From Methyloversatilis sp. (GTDB lineage: Bacteria > Pseudomonadota > Gammaproteobacteria > Burkholderiales > Rhodocyclaceae), in NCBI GenBank assembly GCA_041639545.1, contig JBEQBZ010000005.1, positions 98,015-162,014 of the forward strand: 64,000 nt of DNA, read 5' to 3'. Within the stretch, counting starts at the first letter, position 1. The number at the start of each line of letters is the position of its first letter. A program made the position numbers and the translations under genes. The notes under the pieces were generated by a model that ran no database searches, was not told where the DNA came from, and saw only the letters and a program-made list of their open reading frames with translations. Shown piece after piece: positions 21,221-29,651 of the stretch.

Positions 21221-21360
21221 GAGGGGTTGCCGTTGCGGGAAAGCGACATTGTACGTGGCGCCGGCGTGCGCTCCGACACGCGCATGCCGCTCACGGGCAG
21301 ACAGAACTGCCGCGAGCGGTTAGGGTCGACGCCGGAATTCCGACTTCGAGGTTGCCTGCC

Positions 21361-22065
21361 GTGATCGATCTCCATTTCTGGCCCACCCCCAATGGCTACA
21401 AGGTGTTGATGTTCCTGGAGGAATCCGGGCTCGAACACCGCGTCGTGCCGGTCAACATCGGTGCCGGCGAACAGTTCAGGCCGGCGTTTCTGGCCATTTC
21501 GCCGAACAACCGGATGCCGGCCATCGTCGATCACGCACCGGCCGGCGGCGGCGCGCCGCTGTCGGTGTTCGAGTCGGGCGCCATCCTGCTCTACCTCGCC
21601 GAAAAGACTGGGCGCTTCATTCCGGCCGATCTGCGCGGCCGGGTGCAGGTGCTGGAATGGCTGTTCTGGCAGGTCGGCGGCCTCGGCCCGATGGCCGGGC
21701 AGAACCACCATTTCGTGCAGTACGCGCCGGAGCCCATCGCCTACGCGATCAAGCGCTACGTCGATGAAACCGGCCGGCTGTACGGCGTGCTGAACAAGCA
21801 TCTGGCCGACCGTGCCTTCATCGCCGGCGACGACTACACGATTGCCGACATGGCCGCCTATCCCTGGGTGGTGCCGCACAGGCGCCAGCAGATGGATCTG
21901 GACAATTTCCCGCACCTGAAGCGCTGGTTCGCGGCCATCCATGCCCGTCCGGCCACGGTACGTGCCTATGAGCGCGGTGCGCAGGTGAGTGACCGGCCGG
22001 TGGTGGACGAGCAGTCACGCAAGCTGCTGTTCGGCCAGAACGCCGATACGGTGGCGAAGCAATGA
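21361..22065 (+). CDS. Nu-class glutathione S-transferase (YfcG-like)
   Basis: TPNG active-site motif, SPNNRMPAI, ESGAIL, GPMAGQ; GTG start with GAGG RBS. Confidence 0.9.
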   Translation: MIDLHFWPTPNGYKVLMFLEESGLEHRVVPVNIGAGEQFRPAFLAISPNNRMPAIVDHAPAGGGAPLSVFESGAILLYLAEKTGRFIPADLRGRVQVLEWLFWQVGGLGPMAGQNHHFVQYAPEPIAYAIKRYVDETGRLYGVLNKHLADRAFIAGDDYTIADMAAYPWVVPHRRQQMDLDNFPHLKRWFAAIHARPATVRAYERGAQVSDRPVVDEQSRKLLFGQNADTVAKQ

Positions 22066-22126
22066 GGCTGTGCTAGGCTGCAAAAGCCGTTTTCAACCTC
22101 GTCAGTGTTCCTTCGGGAGAAAGACA

Positions 22127-22333
22127 ATGAGCACCGAAAAGCTGATCCACGACGCCGCCGACCAGTGCGACTGGGACCCCGACATGGTGGTCAGCGTACT
22201 GGCTGACTTCATCGACGAATTCTGCGATCCGGACGATTTCAAGGCCTTCCTCGAAGCGCGCGTCGCCGAAGAGGCGGACGACGACTATGAGGAAGAGGAC
22301 GAGGACGAGGGCGGGAGTGAAGAGGACTACTGA
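22127..22333 (+). CDS. Small highly acidic hypothetical protein (68 aa)
   Basis: ATG with GGGAGA RBS, host-like codon bias; about 28 of 68 residues are D/E. Confidence 0.75.
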   Translation: MSTEKLIHDAADQCDWDPDMVVSVLADFIDEFCDPDDFKAFLEARVAEEADDDYEEEDEDEGGSEEDY

Positions 22334-22354
22334 GGCGTTCGCCCTGGCGCGCAT

Positions 22355-22744
22355 TCAGCGCGCGAAGTCGCCGTCGACGTAGTACCAGCGTCCGTTCTCG
22401 CGCACGAAACGGCTGGTTTCGTGCAGCCGGTGTGCCCGTCCGCCCAGCTTGCTGCGGGCGACGAATTCCACCGTGCCGTGGTCGGCGTCTCTCAGTGCGT
22501 GCGCTTTCACCTCCAGCCCCAGCCATCGAAGGCCGGGCTCAGGCGGCGGCAGGTTCTGCGGCCGGGTGTCCGGATGCCAGGTGTCCAGCAGATAGTCGCG
22601 CCGGTCCAGCACGAAGGCGCTGTAGCGCGAGCGCATCAGTGCCTCCGGGGTCGGTGCCGCCTCGCCGGCGTGGAAGCGTGCGCAGCAGTCATCCGCCGGA
22701 CGACCACTGCCGCAGACGCAGAGCGCGGCCGGTTCCGGCTTCAA
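22355..22744 (-). CDS. ychJ: YchJ family protein (SEC-C-like Cys motif plus NTF2-like fold)
   Basis: CVCGSG...CC, EALMRSRYSAF, WLGLEV, VEFVAR, HETSRF, WYYVDG. Confidence 0.92.
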   Translation of the reverse strand: MKPEPAALCVCGSGRPADDCCARFHAGEAAPTPEALMRSRYSAFVLDRRDYLLDTWHPDTRPQNLPPPEPGLRWLGLEVKAHALRDADHGTVEFVARSKLGGRAHRLHETSRFVRENGRWYYVDGDFAR

Positions 22745-23181
22745 TACTTGCTCACGCGGGTGTTGCCGCTCGAACCGACCAGCTTGACGCGGTCGCCCGG
22801 ATTGAATTTCTCGTCGCCTTCCTGAACGACCGCGATCACGTTGCCGTTGTCCAGACGTAGGGTGATTTCCTGGCCGGAACGGCGGGTGGCGCCTTCCTCG
22901 ATCAATGCACCGGCGACGCCGCCGACCACTGCGCCGGCGATGGCGCCTGCAGTCGAACCGCGTCCGCCGGCCAGGCCGCCGATGGCGGCACCCGTTGCAG
23001 TGCCCACATGGGATTTGGTGCCTTCGATGGTGACCGGGCGCACGCTTTCCACGGTGCCCATGCGCACCGACATTTCGCGGCGTGCCTGGTCACGCGAGTA
23101 GGTGTCGCCGGACAGGGTGGACTGGCAGCCGGCCAGAGCCAGGCCGGCGAGGATCAGCGCGGGAAGCGCCAAGCGGTTCAT
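22741..23181 (-). CDS. slyB: Outer-membrane glycine-zipper lipoprotein (SlyB/Pcp family)
   Basis: Lipobox LAGC; glycine zipper GAAIGGLAGG...GAVVGGVAG; IAVVQE and FNPGDRV. Confidence 0.85.
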   Translation of the reverse strand: MNRLALPALILAGLALAGCQSTLSGDTYSRDQARREMSVRMGTVESVRPVTIEGTKSHVGTATGAAIGGLAGGRGSTAGAIAGAVVGGVAGALIEEGATRRSGQEITLRLDNGNVIAVVQEGDEKFNPGDRVKLVGSSGNTRVSKY

Positions 23182-23294
23182 TTCATGTCTCCGTCGGATC
23201 GCTGCCGGCACGATGCCGGCAAACCGTTCCATTAAACGCGCCGGTGACGAACCGGCGGTACTGCAATCGTGAGCAGTTGTATCCGCTCGCGCGC

Positions 23295-24233
23295 TCAGAA
23301 GTCGAGTGTGCTGCCGAAGGCGGCCCGGTAGCGGCGCTCGATCTCTGCGCGCGTCGGCGCGTGGTTCTGGCCGCCGCGGTGGGCGATCTTGATCGCGCCC
23401 ATGACCGAAGCCAGGCGGGCCGCATTGACGATGCCGGCGCCGCGCGACAGGCCGTACAGCAGGCCGCCGCGGTAGGCGTCGCCACAGCCGGTCGGATCCG
23501 TCAGTTCGTCGGCCGGCACGCACGCCACCTCGGTCACCGTACCGTCGTGATAGACGCGCGAACCTTCGGCGCCGCGCGTGACGATCAGTGCCTCGACCTT
23601 TTCCGCGATCTGCGCTTCGCTGAGGCCGGTGCGATCGCACAGCATGCGCGCCTCGTAGTCATTGACCGTGCACCAGGTGGCCAGTTCGAGGAAGTGCAGC
23701 AGATCCTTGCCGTCGAACATCGGCATGCCCTGGCCCGGATCGAAAATGAAAGGTGTGCCGGCGTCGGCGAACTGCCGGGCGTGGGTGAGCATGCCGTCGC
23801 GGCCGTCCGGCGCCACGATGCCCAGTTTCACGCCCTGTGCGTCGCTCACCCGGTTCTCATGCGAAAAGCTCATCGCGCCCGGGTGGAAGGCGGTGATCTG
23901 GTTGTCGTCCAGGTCGGTGGTGATGAAGCACTGCGCGGTGAAGGCGTCGTCGATCCGGCGCACGTGGCTGACCGGAATGCCCAGCGCGGCGAAACGTTCG
24001 AAGTAGGGGCCGGCGTCCTGACCCACGGTGGCCATCATCAGCGGTTCGCCACCGAGCAGCTTCAGGTTGTAGGCGATGTTGCCGGCACAGCCGCCGAACT
24101 CGCGCCGCATGTCCGGCACCAGGAAGGATACGTTCAGGATGTGGATCTGGTCCGGCAGGATGTGGTGCTTGAAGCGGTCCGGAAAGACCATGATGTTGTC
24201 GTAGGCGATCGAGCCGCAGATGAGGACGGACAT
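23295..24233 (-). CDS. PfkB-family carbohydrate/nucleoside kinase (adenosine-kinase-like)
   Basis: GSIAYD, GGCAGNIAY, DPGQ, DPTGCGDAYRGG. Confidence 0.9.
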   Translation of the reverse strand: MSVLICGSIAYDNIMVFPDRFKHHILPDQIHILNVSFLVPDMRREFGGCAGNIAYNLKLLGGEPLMMATVGQDAGPYFERFAALGIPVSHVRRIDDAFTAQCFITTDLDDNQITAFHPGAMSFSHENRVSDAQGVKLGIVAPDGRDGMLTHARQFADAGTPFIFDPGQGMPMFDGKDLLHFLELATWCTVNDYEARMLCDRTGLSEAQIAEKVEALIVTRGAEGSRVYHDGTVTEVACVPADELTDPTGCGDAYRGGLLYGLSRGAGIVNAARLASVMGAIKIAHRGGQNHAPTRAEIERRYRAAFGSTLDF

Positions 24234-24297
24234 GGGGGCGTGCCGGTAAGGGGAAAACCGCGAGTATACGGCGCCGGCCGGCAGCCGGTGTGGCGGT

Positions 24298-25533
24298 TCA
24301 GAGGCCGTCGCCGCGTGCCAGTCGCAGATCTTCGGCGCTGCGTACCGCGTTGCGCAGCCGGCCGGCGAAACGGTCGGCCACGCTGGTCCAGTCCAGCCCT
24401 TCGACGCTGGCGCGTGCGCCGGTGGCCATTCGTGCGCGCAGCGGGTTGTCAGTGCCGGCGCGCAGCACCTGGGCGATGAAGGCGGCTTCGTCGCCAGGCG
24501 GCGCCAGCAGGCCGTTATGGCCGGCGTCCACCAGTTCGGCGGCGGCTGCCTGCGCGTAGCTGACCACCGGCAGCCCGCTGGCCAGTGCCTCGGTCAGCAC
24601 GTTGCCGAAGGTTTCGGTCAGGCTGCCGAACAGGAAGAGGTCGGCGCTGGCGTAGTGCATGGCCAGATCCTCACCGCTGCGCATGCCGGCGAACAGATGG
24701 TGCGGATACTGGCGCGCCAGCGATTCGCGCGCCGGGCCGTCGCCCACCCACAGCATGCGCGCGTCCGGCCGCTGTACGCGCAGCGCTTCGAAGGCGCGCG
24801 CCACCAGATCGAGATTCTTTTCCGGCGCCAGCCGGCTCACGAAAGCGACCACCAGATCCTGCGGGCCGACGCCCCAGGCGGCACGCAGTGCCTGGTTGCG
24901 GCGGGCCGGCGAGTACAACGTGGTATCGACACCGCGCGACACCACTTCGAGATTGCGGTAGCCGCAGTCGGCCAGCTGCGCCTGCAGCGCGCGGGTGGGC
25001 ACGAAGGTGGCGTGACCGAGATTGTGGAAGCGGCGCAGATAGGCGGCGATCGGCCGCTTCAGCCAGCGCATGCCGTAATGCGCGCTGTAGGCGTCGAAAT
25101 TGGTGCGGAAGTCGCTGGTGACCGGCAGCTTGAGTTTGCGCGCGGCGGCCATCGCCGACCAGCCGAGCGGGCCTTCGGTCACGAGGTGGACGAGGTCCGG
25201 CCGCTCCAGCGTCCACAGCTTTGCCAGCTTCTGTTTGGCCGGCAGGCCGACCCGCAGGCTGCCGTACTTGGGAATGGGGACGCCGCGCGCCAGCACCTCA
25301 CGCAGCGGGCCGTCGCGCTGGGGCGCATCGGCGGCGTGCTGCTTCGGGCGGATGAGCTGCACCCGGTGCCCGCGCGCCAGCAGGCCGTCCACCATGCGCT
25401 TGAGGCTCATCGCGACGCCGTTGATTTCCGGCGGCCAGGTTTCGGTCACCACCGCGATGCGCAGCGCCTCGTCGGCGCCATGCAGGCGTTCGACCGTGAA
25501 GGCGATGTCGGGGCTGAGCTCGGAGCGACGCAT
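24298..25533 (-). CDS. Glycosyltransferase family 4
   Basis: VTETWPPEINGV, SRLAPEKN, ETFGNVLTEALASGLPVV; start placed at ATG 25533. Confidence 0.9.
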   Translation of the reverse strand: MRRSELSPDIAFTVERLHGADEALRIAVVTETWPPEINGVAMSLKRMVDGLLARGHRVQLIRPKQHAADAPQRDGPLREVLARGVPIPKYGSLRVGLPAKQKLAKLWTLERPDLVHLVTEGPLGWSAMAAARKLKLPVTSDFRTNFDAYSAHYGMRWLKRPIAAYLRRFHNLGHATFVPTRALQAQLADCGYRNLEVVSRGVDTTLYSPARRNQALRAAWGVGPQDLVVAFVSRLAPEKNLDLVARAFEALRVQRPDARMLWVGDGPARESLARQYPHHLFAGMRSGEDLAMHYASADLFLFGSLTETFGNVLTEALASGLPVVSYAQAAAAELVDAGHNGLLAPPGDEAAFIAQVLRAGTDNPLRARMATGARASVEGLDWTSVADRFAGRLRNAVRSAEDLRLARGDGL

Positions 25534-25653
25534 GCCGGCAGTGTCCGGTGCGGTCAAGGCAGGCGCGTGACGGGTGCGTGACGCTGCCGTGACAGCGTGG
25601 TGCGGGGGGCGGCCGGCAGGTAGACTGCACGGATTCCCGTCGCCGTTCTGCCC

Positions 25654-26133
25654 ATGGTCCCGCTGCGTGCCCTGTTTGCTGCCTTCTTCCTGCTGTCTGC
25701 TCTGCCGGCGGTGGCGGAAGAGCTGCGCGTGCAGGCGCCCCAGTCTCTGCCGGCCAGCGTTGCGGCCGGTCTTGCCCCGCTGCTGGCGCCGCACGCCGGC
25801 AAGCCGCTGCTGATCAATTTCTGGGCGTCCTGGTGCGAGCCCTGCCGCGATGAAATTCCGGCGCTGTCGGCGCTGCCGGCGCGTGGCATCCGGGTGCAGA
25901 TGGTGGCTGTGGCCGACCGCGAGGCGGACGCGCAGCGTTTTCTGGGCGATGCCGGCCCCGGGCTGCCGCTGGCTTTCGACCGTGACCAGAAACTGAGCCG
26001 TGCGCTCGGCGTGACGCTGCTGCCCTACAGCCTGGTGCTGGATGCCCGGCATCGCGTGGTGGCGCGGGTCGAGGGTGCGCTGGACTGGAGCGATGCATCG
26101 GTCGTCGCCACGCTGAACAGGCTCATGCAGTAA
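25654..26133 (+). CDS. TlpA-family thiol-disulfide oxidoreductase, exported
   Basis: Signal peptide; LINFWASWCEPCRDE. Confidence 0.88.
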   Translation: MVPLRALFAAFFLLSALPAVAEELRVQAPQSLPASVAAGLAPLLAPHAGKPLLINFWASWCEPCRDEIPALSALPARGIRVQMVAVADREADAQRFLGDAGPGLPLAFDRDQKLSRALGVTLLPYSLVLDARHRVVARVEGALDWSDASVVATLNRLMQ

Positions 26134-26153
26134 TCGAATATACGAAGGGAAGG

Positions 26154-27248
26154 ATGTACATGGATCGTCGTCGTTTCATGCAGCTGTCTGCACTCGCCGG
26201 CCTGTCGGCATCGCTGCCGCATGTGGCGCGCGCTGCGTTCGCGCCGTCGCCGGCGCATGGCTGGCGCACCTTCGAGGTGGTGACCCGGGTCGAGCCACTG
26301 GCAGGCGACGCCGATGTGACGGTATGGATTCCGCTGCCTTCGGTCGAACAGGCGGAGTGGGTCAGGGTGCTGGGCAACGAGTGGAGCGGCAATGCGGCCC
26401 GCGCCGGCATTGCGGTCGATCCGGTGTATGGCAGCCGCATGCTGGTCGCGCAGTGGCTCAAGGGCCAGGGCGTGCCTGAACTCGAGGTGGTGAGCCGGGT
26501 GAGTACCCGTGACCGGGCACTCGATCTGTCTTCGCCGGGCAAGGTGACCGATCTCGATGACGCGGCCCGCCAGCTGTACACCCGAGCCACCGAACTGCTG
26601 CCGACCGACGGTATCGTGCGCGATACCGCGCTTGAAGCCACGCGCGGCGCGAACAGCGACATCGAGCGCGCCCGCGCGCTGTACGACTGGGTGTGCGACC
26701 GCACCGAGCGCAATCCCAAGACCCGCGGCTGCGGTCTGGGTGATATCCGCAGCATGCTGGTCAGCAGCAATCTGTCCGGCAAGTGTGCTGACCTCAACGC
26801 GCTGTTCGTCGGCATGGCACGGTCGGTGGGACTGCCGGCGCGCGATGTCTATGGCATCCGCGTGGCTGATTCGCGTTTCGGCTACAGGAGCCTGGGCAAG
26901 AGCGGCGACATATCGAAGGCACAGCACTGTCGTGCCGAGGTGTGGCTGAGCGGTTTCGGCTGGGTGCCGGTCGATCCGGCCGATGTGCGCAAGGTGGTGC
27001 TGGAGGAAAGGCCCGGACTCACGCTGAACGATGACGTCGTCGTCGCCGCGCGTGAAAAGCTTTTCGGCGCCTGGGAAATGAACTGGCTGCCCTACAACTT
27101 TTCGCATGACGTCGTGCTGCCCGGTTCGGCTGGCCCCACGCTGCCCTTCCTGATGTATCCGCAGGGCGAAACCGCCGGCGAGCGCTTTGACAGCCTCGAC
27201 CCCGCCGCTTTCAGTTACAGCATCAGGTCGCGCGAACTGGCCGGCTGA
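26154..27248 (+). CDS. Tat-exported transglutaminase-like protein
   Basis: DRRRFM Tat leader; GKCADL (Cys), QHCRAE (His), GWVPVDPAD (Asp) triad. Confidence 0.88.
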   Translation: MYMDRRRFMQLSALAGLSASLPHVARAAFAPSPAHGWRTFEVVTRVEPLAGDADVTVWIPLPSVEQAEWVRVLGNEWSGNAARAGIAVDPVYGSRMLVAQWLKGQGVPELEVVSRVSTRDRALDLSSPGKVTDLDDAARQLYTRATELLPTDGIVRDTALEATRGANSDIERARALYDWVCDRTERNPKTRGCGLGDIRSMLVSSNLSGKCADLNALFVGMARSVGLPARDVYGIRVADSRFGYRSLGKSGDISKAQHCRAEVWLSGFGWVPVDPADVRKVVLEERPGLTLNDDVVVAAREKLFGAWEMNWLPYNFSHDVVLPGSAGPTLPFLMYPQGETAGERFDSLDPAAFSYSIRSRELAG

Positions 27249-27319
27249 AGCACGCCACCACAGGGCGCGATGTCCGGGCGCCCTGAATTCCCCGCCGTTG
27301 CAGCCGTGCCGCCTGGCGG

Positions 27320-27925
27320 TTACTCGTGTCCGCCTTCCGGATAGACCGTGATCGACAGGAAACGGATCGGCACGTCCACCAGCTTTTCCGGGCCGTGCGG
27401 CACATTGCCGTCGAAGGTGAGGGCGTCGCCCGGGCGCAGCTCATACACCGTCTTGCCGTGGCGGTATTCGATGCAGCCTTCCAGCATGTAGATGAACTCC
27501 GTGCCCGGGTGTTCGAACACCGGGTAGGGCGGCTGATCCTGGTCGATCGTGATCAGGAAGGGCTCGAAGCGCTTGGTCGGCCCCTGGTGATAGGACAGCA
27601 GGTTATAGATATGGCCGGCGCGCGAGCCGCGGCGGGCCACCTCCATGCTTTCGCCGGCCTTGATCAGCTGCGCACCTTCGCCGTCGGTCTGGTAGTTCTT
27701 GAACAGCGCCGACAGCGAAACGCCGAGTGCCCGCGCGATGCGCGACAGCGCGTCCAGGCTGGTCGCAGTCTGGCCGTTCTCGATCCGCGACAGCATGCCG
27801 CGGCTGATTTCCGCGCGCTCCGAAATGTCTGCGATCGTCAGCCCGTGGGCCCTGCGCAGCTCCCGTATGGTGTTGCCAAGGTAGCGCTCCAGCTCGCCTT
27901 CAAGGGCGGCCTCTTGTATGGACAT
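27320..27925 (-). CDS. XRE-family HTH plus cupin transcriptional regulator, divergent from mgdA
   Basis: ISRGMLSRIENG HTH; cupin HPGTEFIYMLEG...GDALTFDG..PHG; ATG 27925 with GGAG RBS. Confidence 0.92.
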   Translation of the reverse strand: MSIQEAALEGELERYLGNTIRELRRAHGLTIADISERAEISRGMLSRIENGQTATSLDALSRIARALGVSLSALFKNYQTDGEGAQLIKAGESMEVARRGSRAGHIYNLLSYHQGPTKRFEPFLITIDQDQPPYPVFEHPGTEFIYMLEGCIEYRHGKTVYELRPGDALTFDGNVPHGPEKLVDVPIRFLSITVYPEGGHE

Positions 27926-27993
27926 CGCGTCTCCGCCTTCACCGTCAGCTTGGGTCGTCATCGCCCCATTCCTCTCGTTATTTTAGCCACGAG

Positions 27994-28069
27994 GTTTCAT
28001 AAAAAGAATTTAAGTTGACTTGGCTTAAAAAAGGTTCATGATTAGAAAAAAAGTTGCTTCAGTTGAAAC
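27994..28069. promoter_or_regulatory. sigma70-like mgdA promoter (TTGACT 28015-28020, CATGAT about 28037-28042) with three imperfect GTTTC-N7-GAAAC palindromes
   Basis: Sites: GTTTC-ATAAAAA-GAATT (27994-28010), GGTTC-ATGATTA-GAAAA (28033-28049), GTTGC-TTCAGTT-GAAAC (28053-28069) in an AT-rich intergenic region. Confidence 0.6.
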
Positions 28070-28123
28070 ACGCTGCATTGCAGCAGAAGCGACACCCTTT
28101 CAGTCTGGACTACAGGAAAGCAC

Positions 28124-29365
28124 ATGCCCTGGCGCCTATTGCGATTCGGTCTGTCGAAGTCCCATCCGGAACCCCGGATGTTTACGGCTCACGACAAGCT
28201 CAAGCCCTCCTACGACGTAGTGATCATTGGTGGTGGAGGTCATGGCCTGGCCAGCGCCTACTACCTCGCCCGTGATCATGGCATCACCAACGTGGCGGTG
28301 CTTGAGAAGGGTTACATCGGTGGCGGCAATACCGGCCGCAACACCACCATCATCCGGTCGAACTATCTCACGCCTGAAGGCGTGAAGTTCTACGACAAGT
28401 CGGTGCAGCTGTACCAGGACTTGTCCACCGAGTTCGATCTCAACCTCTTCTACTCCACCCGCGGCCACTTCACGCTGGCCCACACCGATTCCGCGATGCG
28501 CACCATGCGCTGGCGCGCAGAGGTGAACAAGCACTACGGCATCGAGTCCGAAGTGGTGGGTCCGGAAGAAGTGAAGCGCCAGACCCCGCAGATCGATCTG
28601 TCCTGTGGTGGCCATGCGCCGATCCAGGGCGCGCTGTACCACGCGCCGGGCGCGGTGGCCCGTCACGATGCGGTGGCCTGGGGCTACGGCCGTGGCGCCG
28701 ACATGCGCGGTGCGGAAATCCACCAGCAGACCGCGGTGACCGGCATCGAGGTCAAGGGCGGCAAGGTGGTCGGTGTACACACCACCAAGGGTTTCATCTC
28801 GACCAACAAGGTCATCTGTGCGGTCGCCGGCTTCACGCCGCGCATCACCGACATGGTGGGCTTCAAGACGCCGATCTTCGTGCATCCGCTGCAGGCCATG
28901 GTGAGCGAGCCGATGAAGCCCTGGCTCGACACCATCCTGGTGTCCGGCAGCCTGCATATATATGTAAGCCAGAGCGCCCGCGGCGAACTGGTGATGGGCG
29001 CCTCGCTCGATCCGTACGAAGTGCAATCGACCCGTTCGACGCTGGACTTCCCGGAAGGCCTCGCCGCCCACCTGCTCGACATGTTCCCCTTCCTGTCGCA
29101 CTCCAAGGTGGTGCGCCAGTGGGCCGGCATGGCCGACATGACGCCGGACTTCGCGCCGATCATGGGCATGACGCCGGTCGAAGGCTTCTACCTCGATTCC
29201 GGCTGGGGTACCTGGGGCTTCAAGGCCACGCCGGTCTGCGGCAAGACCATGGCCTGGACCGCCGTCAATGACAAGCCGCATGAGCTGATTACCGGCTTCT
29301 CGCTCGACCGCTTCCGCAACTACTCGCTGACCGGCGAGAAGGGTGCGGCGAGCGTGGGTCACTGA
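28124..29365 (+). CDS. mgdA: N-methylglutamate dehydrogenase subunit A (sarcosine oxidase beta-like)
   Basis: IIGGGGHG FAD motif, GNTGRNTTIIRSNY, GWGTWGFK; adjacent to gmaS and mgsABC. Confidence 0.92.
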   Translation: MPWRLLRFGLSKSHPEPRMFTAHDKLKPSYDVVIIGGGGHGLASAYYLARDHGITNVAVLEKGYIGGGNTGRNTTIIRSNYLTPEGVKFYDKSVQLYQDLSTEFDLNLFYSTRGHFTLAHTDSAMRTMRWRAEVNKHYGIESEVVGPEEVKRQTPQIDLSCGGHAPIQGALYHAPGAVARHDAVAWGYGRGADMRGAEIHQQTAVTGIEVKGGKVVGVHTTKGFISTNKVICAVAGFTPRITDMVGFKTPIFVHPLQAMVSEPMKPWLDTILVSGSLHIYVSQSARGELVMGASLDPYEVQSTRSTLDFPEGLAAHLLDMFPFLSHSKVVRQWAGMADMTPDFAPIMGMTPVEGFYLDSGWGTWGFKATPVCGKTMAWTAVNDKPHELITGFSLDRFRNYSLTGEKGAASVGH

Positions 29366-29393
29366 GCGCGGAACAGAGAGCGGAGACGACGAC

Positions 29394-29651
29394 ATGAAAC
29401 TGATGACCTGTCCGATCAACGGCACGCGCCCGATCTCGGAGTTCGCCTACTGGGGCGAAATCCGTCCGGCGCCCGATGCCGATACCTGCAGCGACGACCA
29501 GTGGGCGGAATACGTGTTCCACCGCAACGGCGCACCCGGCGTGAAGAAGGAGTGGTGGTGCCATACGCCGTCGAATACCTGGTTCATCGCTGAACGCGAT
29601 ACCGAAAAGGACAAGGTGCTGCGCACCTATCTGCATGGAGATGACAAGTGA
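29394..29651 (+). CDS. mgdB: N-methylglutamate dehydrogenase subunit B (sarcosine oxidase delta-like)
   Basis: CPINGTRPISEF, EWWCH; ATG 29394 with GGAG RBS. Confidence 0.9.
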   Translation: MKLMTCPINGTRPISEFAYWGEIRPAPDADTCSDDQWAEYVFHRNGAPGVKKEWWCHTPSNTWFIAERDTEKDKVLRTYLHGDDK

